Notes: generated by a model from the letters alone, not told the origin. A stretch of 63,032 nt of DNA, filler included, from Octopus bimaculoides (GCF_001194135.2; 5 parts of 5 records of this genome joined end to end with filler, not necessarily neighbours in it); one strand, 5' to 3'. Positions 35,601-47,795 are shown, numbered from the whole stretch's first letter. Made by a program: numbers and translations.

Positions 35601-38600
35601 TCGTTCGTTGGATCGTTCGTTTGTTCTTTTGTGCATTCGTACGTATGTACATTCGTTCGTTAGTTCGTTCCTCGATCGTTCGTACATTCGTAGATACGTA
35701 CGAACGTTCCTACCTTCGTTCGTGCTTACGTACGTACGTTCGTTCGTACGTTTATTCTGTCGTCCGTCCGTACGTACGCAAGTCCGTACTTTCGTTCGTT
35801 GGATCGTTCTTTCGTTCGTACGTACGTTCGTTTCCTCGTTTTTTCGTTCGTACCCGCGTACGTACATTCGTTTATTCCTTCAATCGTTCTTTCTTTTCTT
35901 GTTCAATCATTCGTTCATTGGTCCGTACGTACGTGCGATCGTTTCTTCGTTGGATCGTTCGTAGGAATGAAATAACGAATGAACGTACGTACATACGTAA
36001 GTACGAACGACCGAACGGACGGACGGGCGAAAGAACGAACGTAGGTACGTACGAACGAACGTACGTAAGCACGATCGAACGAAGGAACGTACGTACGTAC
36101 CTACGAACGTACGAACGAACGAAGGAACGTACAAACGAATGAACGTACGTAGGAATGCACAAAAAACAAATGAACTATCCAACGAACGAACGCACGTACG
36201 TACGTAGTACGCACGTACGTATGTATGTAGGTACGAATGAACGTACGTAAGTCCGAACGAACGAAAGAATTTAATTTCGTACGAACGAAAGAACGAACGT
36301 ACGTACGAACGAACGAGCGAATGATCGTATGTACGTATGTACGAGCAAACGATAGTACGTAAGTACGTACGAACGAACGAACGAAATGAAGGAGCAAGAG
36401 AACGTATGAACGAACTAACGAATGAACTTAAGTACGTACGTATGTACGTACGAAAAAACTATATATCCTAAGTACGTAATTACGTATTTACGATCGAACG
36501 AACGAACGCAAGAGCGACCGTAGGAAAGTACGTTCGTAGGAATGAAATAACGAACGAAATTACGTACGTACGAACGACCAAACGGAAGGACGGGCGAAAG
36601 AACCAAGGTACGTACGAACGAAAGAACGAACGAACGTACGTACGTACCAACGAACGAACGAACGTACGTACCCACGAACGTACGAACGAACGAAGGAACG
36701 TACTAACGAACGAAGGATTGAAGGAACGAACGAATGTACGTACGTAGGTACGAACGAACGAACGAACGGACAGACGAACGAAAGAATAAACGAACGAAAG
36801 CATCTACGAACCTCCGTACGTACGAACGACCGAAAGGACGGACGGGCGAAAGAGCGAACGTACGTACGAACGAACATACGCACTTAAACACGAATGCACA
36901 AAATACAAATGAACGAGCCAACGAACGAACGTACGTACGTACGCATGTTCGTACCTACGAACAAACCAACGTATATACGTACGTACGTACGTACGAACGT
37001 ATGTAGGTACGAATGAACGTACGTACGTACGTATGTAGGTACGAATGAACGTACGTACATACGTAGGTCCGAACAAATGAACGAACAAACAAGGAAACGA
37101 ACGTACGTAAGTACGTACGAAAGAACGAACGAACGAACGTAAGTACGGTCGGTCGGACGGACGGACGGACGGACGGACGACAGAATAAACGAACGAAAGC
37201 ATCTAGGTACCTCCCTACGTAAGAACGAACGAACGAGCGAATCAACGAATGTACGTATGTACGAACGAACGACAGTACGTACGTACGTTCGAAATGGAGG
37301 AGGACGCGAACTTACGGACGAACGTACGTTCGAACGAACGTACGAACGAACTATCGTACTTACGTAATTCTTTCGTTCGTTCGTTGGATCGTTCGTTCAT
37401 CCGTACGTACGTACGTAAGTTCGTTCTTTCTATCATACGAAAGTAGGTTCGTTCGTTCTTTCGGTCGTTCGTACTTACGTATGTACGTACGTTTATTTGT
37501 ACGTACATACGAACGTACGTACGTATATACGTTGGCTCGTTTGTACGTACGTACGTTCGTTGGAATGAATTAACGATCGAAAGTAAGTACATACGTACGT
37601 ACGAACGACTGAACGGACGGAAGGACGGACGAACGAACGTACGTATGAATGAAAGAAGGAACGTACGTACTTGAGCACGAACGAACGAACGATCGAAGGA
37701 ACGAACAAACGAACGAAAACACGTACGTACGAATGCACAAAGGAAAAACGAACGATCCAACGAACGGACGTACGTACAAACGAGCCAACGTATATACGTA
37801 CGTACGTTCGTATGTACGTACAAATAAACGTACGTACATACGTAAGTACGAACGACCGAAAGAACGAACGAACATACTTTCGTATGATAGAAAGAACGAA
37901 CTTACGTACGTACGTACGTACGTACGGATGAACGAACGATCCAACGAACGAACGAAAGAACTATCGAACGTACGTACGCACGAACGGACCAATGAACGAA
38001 CGATCGAACAAAACAAAAAAGAACAAATAAACGAACGAACGAATGTACGTACGTAGGTACGAACGAACGTACGAACAAACGAGGAAACGAACGTACGTAC
38101 GAATGAACGAACGATCGAACGAACGAACGAACGAACGAACGTACGAACGAACTAACGAGTGAACTTACGTACGAACGTAAGTACGTACGGAAGAACGAAA
38201 CATCGTCACTACGTAATTACGTATTTACGATCGAACGAACGAACGAACGTACGTACGTTAGTACGTACGAAAGAGCGATCGAACGAACGAACGCAAGAGC
38301 GACCGTAGGAACATACGTTCGAAGGAATGAAATAAGGAACGAACCTACGTATATATGTACGTACGAACGACCGAAAGAACGAACGTACGTACGAACGAAA
38401 GAACGAACGTTCGTACGTAAGCACGAATGAACGAACGAATGAACGTACGTACGTACGTACGTACGTACGTACGAACGGACCAATCGAACAAACAAAAGTA
38501 AGGATTGAAGGAACGTACGAATGTAAATATGTACGTAGGTACGAATGAAAGAACGAACGAACGAACGAACAAACGTGGGAACGAAAGCACGTAAGTAAGT

Positions 38601-41192
38601 ACGTAAGTACGTACGAAAGAACGAACTATCGAACGAACGATCGAACGTACGTACGGTCGGACGGACGGACGAAAGAATAAACGAACGAAAGCATCTACGT
38701 ACCTCCGTACGTTAGAACAAACGAATGAGCGAATCAACGAATGTTCGTATGTACGAACCAACGATAGAACGTCCGTACGTTCGAATGAACGAGATAACGG
38801 ACGAACGAAATGAAGGAGCACGCGAACGAACGAACGTACGTACGAACGAACGAACGTACGAACGAACATAAGTACGTACGAACGAACGAACGTACGAACG
38901 AACATAAGTACGTACGAACGAACGAACGAGCGATCGAACGAACGAACGCAATAGCGACCGTAGGAACGTACGTTCGTTGGAATGAAATAACGAGCGTATG
39001 TAAGTNNNNNNNNNNNNNNNNNNNNNNNNNNNNNNNNNNNNNNNNNNNNNNNNNNNNNNNNNNNNNNNNNNNNNNNNNNNNNNNNNNNNNNNNNNNNNNN
39101 NNNNNNNNNNNNNNNNNNNNNNNNNNNNNNNNNNNNNNNNNNNNNNNNNNNNNNNNNNNNNNNNNNNNNNNNNNNNNNNNNNNNNNNNNNNNNNNNNNNN
39201 NNNNNNNNNNNNNNNNNNNNNNNNNNNNNNNNNNNNNNNNNNNNNNNNNNNNNNNNNNNNNNNNAACGTCCGTACGTTCGAATGAACGAGATAACGGACG
39301 AACGAAATGAAGGAGCACGCGAACGAACGAACGTACGTACGAACGAACGAACGTACGAACGAACATAAGTACGTACGAACGAACGAACGAGCGATCGAAC
39401 GAACGAACGCAAGAGCGACCGTAGGAACGTACGTTCGTTCGAATGAATTAACTATCGAAATTAAGTACATACGTACGTACGAACGACCGAACGGACGGAA
39501 GGACGGACGAACGAACGTACGTATGAATGAAAGAAGGAACGTACGTACATGAGCACGAACGAACGAACGATCGAAAGAACGAACGTAGGAACGTACTACG
39601 TGCCTACGAACGAACGAATGAACGATCAAACGAACGAACGTAGGAACGTACGTACGTAAGAACGTACGAACGAACGAACGAACGTACTAACGAACGAACG
39701 TACGTACGTACGAATGCACAAAAACAAATGAACGATCCAACGAACGAACGAATGAACGTACGTACGTACGAACGATTGGACCAATCGAACAAACAAAAGA
39801 AAGGATTGAAGGAACGTACGAATGTAAATATGTACGTACGAACAAACGTGGGAACGAACGCACGNNNNNNNNNNATATGTACGTACGAACAAACGTGGGA
39901 ACGAACGTACGTAAGTAAGTACGTAAGTACGTACGAAAGAACGAACTATCGAACGAACGATCGAACGCACGTACGGTCGGACGGACGGACGAAAGAATAA
40001 ACGAAGGAAAGCATCTACGTACCTCCGTACGTTACAACAAACGAACCAACGTATATACGTGCGAATGAACGTACAAACATACGTAAGTACGAACGACGGA
40101 AAGAACGAGCGAACGTACGTACGAACGAACTAATGAATGAAATTACGTACGTACGTATGAACGTACGTAAGTACGAACGAAATATCGTACGTACGTAATT
40201 ACGTAATACGATCGAACGAACGAGCGATCGAACGAACGAGCGATCGAACGAACGAACGAACGCAAGAGCGACCGTAGGAACGTACGTTCGTTGGAATGAA
40301 TTAACTATCGAAAGTAAGTACATACGTACGTACGAACGACCGAACGGACGAACGAACGTACGTATGAGTGAAAGAAGGAACGTACGTACGTGAGCACGAA
40401 CGAACGAACGATCGAACGAACGAACGTAGGAACCTACATAAGAACAAACGAATGAGCGAATCAACGAATGTACGTATGTACGAACCAACGATAGTACGTC
40501 CGTACGTTCGAATGAACGAGATAACGGACGAACGAAATGAAGGAGCACGCGAACGAACGAACGAACGAACGAACGTACGAACGAACAAACGAACGAACAT
40601 AAGTACGTACGAACGAACGCAATAGCGACCGTAGGAACGTAAGTTCGTTGGAATGAAATAACGAGCGTATGTAAGTACATACGTACGTACGAACTTCCGA
40701 ACGGACGGACGGACGAAGGAACGAACGTACGTACGAACGAACGACCGTACGTACCTACGGACGTACGAACGAACGGAGGAATGATCAAACGAACGAGCGT
40801 ACGTAAGTACGAATACAGAAAAGAAAGACGAACGATCCAACGAACGGACGTAAGTACGTACGTAAAAACGAACCAACGTACATACGTGCGTACGTACGTA
40901 CGTACGATTGAACGCACGAACATACGTAAGTACGAACGACGGAAAGAACGAGCGAACGTACGTACGAACGAACTAATGAATGAAATCACGTACGTACGTA
41001 TGAACGTACGTAGGTACGTACGTAAGTACGTACGTACGAACGAAATATCGTACGTACGTAATTACGTAATACGATCGAACGAACGAACGCAAGAGCGACC
41101 GTAGGAACGTACGTTCGTTCGAATGAATTAACTATCGAAAGTAAGTACATACGTACGTACGAACGACCGAACGGACGGAAGGACGGACGAAC
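32639..41192. repeat. Complex CpG-rich satellite built from CGTT/CGTA (AACG/TACG) tetramers, with higher-order structure and inversions
   Basis: Continuous over 8.55 kb (three large internal gaps and one small one). T-rich polarity at 32639-35960 and about 37368-37555; A-rich elsewhere. Recurrent non-tetramer landmarks. Confidence 0.97.
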
Positions 41193-41292
41193 NNNNNNNN
41201 NNNNNNNNNNNNNNNNNNNNNNNNNNNNNNNNNNNNTTAATTAATTAANNNNNNNNNNNNNNNNNNNNNNNNNNNNNNNNNNNNNNNNNNNN
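41193..41292. other. Synthetic 100-bp assembly spacer
   Basis: Same structure; 12-mer at 41237-41248. Confidence 0.95.
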
Positions 41293-41305
41293 ATACTCTC
41301 TCTCA

Positions 41306-41367
<62 letters not shown>

Positions 41368-41627
41368 GTCCTAGACCGGGTTCTGCATTGTGTTGAGCAA
41401 AACGCTTCCTCTCTCTTTGCTCTGTGATCACTTCGAAACCTGACACGTGGTAACACCATGCATCTGTTCAAACAACGTCGATTTGATGGAGAGAGTGAAC
41501 TTGTGTGCAGCAGGGACATTGGATCATTAAAAACGAATCATTTGTGCAGTTCGTTCGGCAAAAGCAGTTCGTTCGGGAGAGTCCATCACACAGACACACA
41601 CACACACACACACACACACACGTATCT

Positions 41628-41708
41628 TGGCACTCCGTCGGTTACGACGACTAGGGTTCCAGTTGATCCGATCGACGGTGTAGCCTGCTCATGAAATTAA
41701 CGTGCAAG
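41628..41708 (-). mobile_element. SINE family C, 3' part, truncated by a gap
   Basis: CACTCCGTCGGTTACGACGACTAGGGTTCCAGTTGATCCGATC matches 49181-49222. Confidence 0.85.
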
Positions 41709-43253
41709 NNNNNNNNNNATATATATATATATACAGATACAGATACTGCTTTGTGCTGTTCGAAATATGAGGACACAGATTTTGTGTTGTATAGCCAGTT
41801 GGAAACGATGTCTCCAGGGGCTAAACAACGGTAGCATTCGTCCCAATCGGGACTGCCACATTGGATTGGCAAGTAATCTTTACTTTAACGTACTGTTACT
41901 TAAATCTCTCATTGAGAGTTTCAGGAACAACAATATTTATATCTATCTAAATATATAGTGAGAATTTACAAAAAAAGAAAAGACGAAGACGGGTGTGTGA
42001 ACAACAGACAGGTGTATTAGTTTAACGCTTGGGAAGTGAGAAAGTCTTTTACGTTTCGAACCTACGCACTTTATTCGACCTTTGTGTGAAATAAAAATAC
42101 ATTGTAGAATACTGATCTTCCTCAGGTACATTTCTTTATGCTTATACCCGCTTCGAATATTTATTTCACGAAATTGGGAAAGGAGAGACAAAAGGAACGA
42201 GATCCTGAGGTTGATATACTCAACCCAAACCGATTGAAGTCGACGCTTCGTCAGACTTGGACCAATCTCCTACGTAGTATGTTCAATCAGTAAACTAAGA
42301 GCGGTAAAATAATAAAAGGATATTCGTATTCTGCATCCAAAATGTGCTATTATCTTCTTCGCTTTCCTACGCCATTTTTGACAAAAATTTCCTACATTCT
42401 TCTGCCATTTATCACAGATTATACGACAGTTTAAACGTATCACCATTATAAATGCATTAAGCATAAGAAAAGACAAATTTGTGACGTTTTGTCTGACACA
42501 GAATGTATTGTAAGTATATTGGTTTCTCTTAGTAACGGAAATCAGATCCCGTTCAAAATTTGAGTCAAATCCCAAAATGGATATGTACGCACACATACAC
42601 ATGGACCTATTGTGTGTGTGTGTACATATATANNNNNNNNNNNNNNNNNNNNNNNNNNNNNNNNNNNNNNNNNNNNNNNNNNNNNNNNNNNNNNNNNNNN
42701 NNNNNNNNNNNNNNNNNNNNNNNNNNNNNNNNNNNNNNNNNNNNNNNNNNNNNNNNNNNNNNNNNNNNNNNNNNNNNNNNNNNNNNNNNNNNNNNNNNNN
42801 NNNNNNNNNNNNNNNNNNNNNNNNNNNNNNNNNNNNNNNNNNNNNNNNNNNNNNNNNNNNNNNNNNNNNNNNNNNNNNNNNNNNNNNNNNNNNNNNNNNN
42901 NNNNNNNNNNNNNNNNNNNNNNNNNNNNNNNNNNNNNNNNNNNNNNNNNNNNNNNNNNNNNNNNNNNNNNNNNNNNNNNNNNNNNNNNNNNNNNNNNNNN
43001 NNNNNNNNNNNNNNNNNNNNNNNNNNNNNNNNNNNNNNNNNNNNNNNNNNNNNNNNNNNNNNNNNNNNNNNNNNNNNNNNNNNNNNNNNNNNNNNNNNNN
43101 NNNATGATGTTTATGATATTTAGAATGAAGTAATGAGTCAGCGTAAGACAGTGAAATACCACTGAGTTAAGCAGTTTAAATAATTTTAAACTAATTGAAA
43201 ATATTTTATGTGCATGTGCAGCTGTATGTATATATATATATATAGATGAATGT

Positions 43254-43319
<66 letters not shown>

Positions 43320-43379
43320 ATGTTCGGGCTAAATTTGACGAGTTTAATGTAATCATCCTGATACATTGCTAAATAGTAA

Positions 43380-44100
43380 ACGACGATGTTGAGGAGGATA
43401 AATGTTAAAGCTGTACTTGAGAAACAGCTACCTGACATGGAGAACTGGAAGCCTTCTAAATATTGGAAAAGATTTAACTGTTGTATCATTATGAATCACG
43501 CCGGATATCAAAATGCCTGCAGCATGATTGCTGCTCAAAGCTCTGTGGCCACTCAATGCTCTACGAGGACGTGACTTGGACTGCTGCAACGGACACTAAG
43601 AAGCCGAGGACGACAAGAGAGGACACAACAAGCATTCTGGCTGCGTTCGCACGCCGGATTTCATCTCCACATCTTTGAACATGGCTGTGATCTCAATGCA
43701 GACAGCTGTATGAAGCTGCTGAGGATTGTGGTCCGTTCCAGCCTGGAAACGGTTACTACTAGAAGGCCATGTGTGGCAGTGGAATTCGGTTCTTTGCCAT
43801 AACTCCGGAAAGAATCAGAAGTGATAGCCAGAGAATTTCAAATAACTTCACGAGCCCCAATTTTTGGCCTCCTAATTCTCTTAGTTGCAATCCCATGGAT
43901 TGCTATGTGCGGGATGCATCTGACAGGGACATCAACTGCTCTACCTGTAACACCAAGGCCGAGGTGGTGACCAAGATCAATGAAGTGTTCGAAGATCTTC
44001 CCAGAGACACAGTAAGTAAAGCATGTGCCAGGTACCGGAGCCGTATTGAGGCGGTGGTCGAAGCTGAGTAGTTGAGAACGACTACATAGAAAAAATTCTT
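43380..44100 (+). mobile_element. Tc1/mariner-superfamily DD37D (maT-type) transposase fragment, degraded
   Basis: VWQWNS...FWPPNSLSCNPMDCYV...ACARYRSRIEAVVEAE. There are 37 codons between the decayed Asp2 position and the PMD Asp after removing one 1-nt insertion. Confidence 0.8.
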
Positions 44101-45431
44101 TGGGCTGAAGTATAAAAATGTAGAATATATATGTATTCTACACACACACATTATACGTATATATATATATATNNNNNNNNNNNNNNNNNNNNNNNNNNNN
44201 NNNNNNNNNNNNNNNNNNNNNNNNNNNNNNNNNNNNNNNNNNNNNNNNNNNNNNNNNNNNNNNNNNNNNNNNNNNNNNNNNNNNNNNNNNNNNNNNNNNN
44301 NNNNNNNNNNNNNNNNNNNNNNNNNNNNNNNNNNNNNNNNNNNNNNNNNNNNNNNNNNNNNNNNNNNNNNNNNNNNNNNNNNNNNNNNNNNNNNNNNNNN
44401 NNNNNNNNNNNNNNNNNNNNNNNNNNNNNNNNNNNNNNNNNNNNNNNNNNNNNNNNNNNNNNNNNNNNNNNNNNNNNNNNNNNNNNNNNNNNNNNNNNNN
44501 NNNNNNNNNNNNNNNNNNNNNNNNNNNNNNNNNNNNNNNNNNNNNNNNNNNNNNNNNNNNNNNNNNNNNNNNNNNNNNNNNNNNNNNNNNNNNNNNNNNN
44601 NNNNNNNNNNNNNNNNNNNNNNNNNNNNNNNNNNNNNNNNNNNNNNNNNNNNNNNNNNNNNNNNNNNNNNNNNNNNNNNNNNNNNNNNNNNNNNNNNNNN
44701 NNNNNNNNNNNNNNNNNNNNNNNNNNNNNNNNNNNNNNNNNNNNNNNNNNNNNNNNNNNNNNNNNNNNNNNNNNNNNNNNNNNNNNNNNNNNNNNNNNNN
44801 NNNNNNNNNNNNNNNNNNNNNNNNNNNNNNNNNNNNNNNNNNNNNNNNNNNNTATATATATATATTTATATATATATATACATAAATACATATCTCTGTC
44901 ATCTTTATTCAATGTACGTAGGAGGAAACCGACACCTTGTTTCTTAACAATCCGTATGCGTTGTGTTAAGTAATTGTCTTTACATATAAATGATATATGA
45001 GAATGCTGATGCAAAATAGGTATTCAATGTATTAATGATATGTTCACAGCGATATCTGCAACTACATAAGCATACCAACATCATCAATAAAAAAATTACA
45101 TTCAAAACATACAGCCGTTTCCCCGTCATCACCGTCAAAGTGTTGTAACATACTAACAATACGTACATGTAACTGTCGTTGGTAAATAAACAAAATAAAT
45201 AGAGAAAAACCATGTAAATATATAATCTAATTAGTATGTTTCAGAATCCGTTAATGAAGAATTTCTCATCAGTTTGTAAAGGGAACACTTTTCTGCATCA
45301 AATGTATTTAGCAAACATTAAAATGGAAAATAAAAATAACACATTAAGATTGATGAATGACGCTGTTCAGTATTATGTAACATATATAAAACAAAACTTA
45401 TTTGTTCAAAATTCTTCTAGTATTCTGGATG

Positions 45432-45570
45432 TGCATTTAAGAAGTTTACTTTGCAACAAAATGGTTTCAGGTTCAATTCCATTGTGTTGCGTCTTGGGCG
45501 CCGACCGCCGACCAATATCTTGTGAGCGAATTTGGTAGACAGAAATTGTGTTGAAACCCGTTGTGTGTGT
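45432..45570 (+). mobile_element. SINE family B, degraded 5' half
   Basis: ATGGTTTCAGGTTCAATTCC...CTTGGGC...TTGTGAGCGAATTTGGTAGAC...CCCGTTGTGTGTGT. Confidence 0.6.
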
Positions 45571-45806
45571 ATACTCTTTACTTGTTTCAGTTATTTGACT
45601 ATGGCCATGCTGGAGCACCGCCTTTAGTCGACCCCATCGACCCTGGGACTTATTCTTTCTAAGCCTAGTATTTATTTTATCGGTCTCTTTCGCCGAACCT
45701 GAGACTATAGTAGAAGACACTTGCCCAAGATGCCACGCAGTGGGACTGAACCCGGAACCATGTGGTTGGTATGCGAGCTACTTACCACAACGCCACTCCT
45801 ACGCCT
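45571..45806 (-). mobile_element. SINE family B with internal deletion
   Basis: Near-consensus tail and head joined at CGCCGAACC|TGAGACTATAG; about 170 bp of the middle is missing. Confidence 0.85.
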
Positions 45807-46723
45807 ATATATATATATATTACACACAAAAATAAGAGGAATGACCAGCAAAAGTGGACTCCTATATGCTAGAAATAGATGCCGAATCATCTAACCACGA
45901 ACAAAAAATATGTTCTCAGTAAAAATTTAGCGACACAACAGACTGTAAAAGGGCAAGACAAATGAAAAAAATACTAAATATTTTTGTATGTAATATAATT
46001 TTAATCTTCGGATTTTTTTTAATATGCTAGACCACTGGTTTTAATTGATTAATATNNNNNNNNNNNNNNNNNNNNNNNNNNNNNNNNNNNNNNNNNNNNN
46101 NNNNNNNNNNNNNNNNNNNNNNNNNNNNNNNNNNNNNNNNNNNNNNNNNNNNNATATATGTAAGTATGTATATATGTATGTATGTATGTGTGTATATATA
46201 AGCGTCTAGTTGGTTTGGCTGCCAGCATTTCAAAAGTTGAAGTTTATCGAAAATTTTAAAATTTGCAACAATGATACACATTTCTAAGTTGATTTGCTGG
46301 AGTTAATTCATTTTTTCCTAAAGAATTGTTTTTTAGAAAGTTATAGAGGCTTAAAGTTTAATCATTTTCATCCAGTCAGAAAAGAGGATCTAGAAACTGT
46401 CATTTTGTGCGTCACTGCGCGATAGCACGAACTTGATAGGTTTATCCAAAAGAGCTGTTAATTTTAGCACACCTCACAACTACCTCAAGGACTAAAAGAA
46501 ATGAGAAAACAAATAGTTTTAAGCATTCAATTTGCATTTAATGCAAATGCGATGAACAACACGTTACATGCGATAAACACATTACAATTTTTCCCCACAA
46601 ATGGTTTCAATACAGTTTAACAGAAAGATTTGGAAGAATTAGATGGAAGTTCTCTGGTAATTTCCTTTCATTTCAATAAATGTTTGTGTTAATTTAGAAA
46701 TTTGATGTACATGTTTACTATAT

Positions 46724-47126
46724 TACTCTTTTACTCTTTTACTTGTTTCAGTCATTTGACTACGGCCATGCTGGAGCACCGCCTTTAGTCGAGCAAATCG
46801 ACCCCAGGACTTATTCTTTGTAAGCGTAGTACTTATTCTATTGGTCTCTTTTGCCGAACCGCTAAGTTACGGGGACGTAAACGCACCAGCATCGGTTGTC
46901 AAACGATGTTGGGGGGACAAACACAGACACACAAACACACACACGCACACATATAAATACATATACATATATACGACGGGCTTCTTTCAGTTTCCCCTAC
47001 CAAATCCACTCACAAGGCTTTGGTCGGCCCGAGGCTATAGTAGAAGACACTTGCCCAAGGTACCACGCAGTAGAACTGAACCCAGAACCATGTGGTTGGT
47101 GAGCAAGCTACATACCACACAGCCAC
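46724..47126 (-). mobile_element. SINE family B, full-length
   Basis: Colinear with 26771-27171 and 62036-62446 along its whole length. Confidence 0.92.
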
Positions 47127-47239
47127 AGTGAACAAAATATGCTTAAAAAGCAAACATATAAGCATGCAATAAGCAACACATTATAAAATATTTTTAAAAT
47201 TTATAACGAAAGTTAGAAATGCATTCAATCAATTTCTCA

Positions 47240-47795
47240 AAAAAATCACGACAGCCTTTGAGAAAGAGGGAAAAACCTCCTCGTCAAAACAAAACTTCAG
47301 AAGAAAACCAAAACTTTCAGATAGGGATCGTCAGACCCTTACGTGAATTGTTAGAAAGGATCACAAAAGTATAGCTCTCAAATTTATTACAGAGCTTAAT
47401 GACCACCTCGAGAACCCAATTTCCACAAAAACTGTTCGCCGAGAACTGCACAAAGGCGGATTTCCCGGGTGGGCTGGAATCAGAAAACCACCACTTTCAA
47501 AAACAAACGTTGCAAAGCGTTTAGATTGGAGTAGAGTAAAAACCTTCAGAATTGGCTCCTAGAGCAATCNNNNNNNNNNNNNNNNNNNNNNNNNNNNNNN
47601 NNNNNNNNNNNNNNNNNNNNNNNNNNNNNNNNNNNNNNNNNNNNNNNNNNNNNNNNNNNNNNNNNNNNNNNNNNNNNNNNNNNNNNNNNNNNNNNNNNNN
47701 NNNNNNNNNNNNNNNNGGGCGAGGATCAGTGATGATCGGGGGGGGCTGTATCTTGGAAATCCGCCAGCCCAATGGTTTCCCTTCATGGCAGTAGT
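47240..47795 (+). mobile_element. Tc1-like transposase fragment spanning a gap
   Basis: RKPKLSDRDRQTLT*IVRKDHK...ISTKTVRRELHKGGFPGWAGIRKPPLSKTNVAKRL (Tc1/Tc3 HTH and linker), then GRGSVMIGG..SWK after the gap. Confidence 0.85.

Noticed and set aside
32688-41104. Dozens of long ORFs (RSFV/RTYV/ERTN-rich, up to 533 aa) in the satellite
   Set aside because: CGTT and CGTA tetramers contain no stop codon in any frame, so long ORFs appear on both strands automatically. The longest also run through N gaps.
32639-41192. Satellite landmarks as a CRISPR-like repeat-spacer array
   Set aside because: Spacing is irregular, the intervening DNA is itself repetitive rather than unique, there are no cas genes, and the context is eukaryotic.
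46200-46500. Possible terminal region of the Tc1 at 47240
   Set aside because: No matching inverted repeat found on the other side, so it cannot be assigned from this window.
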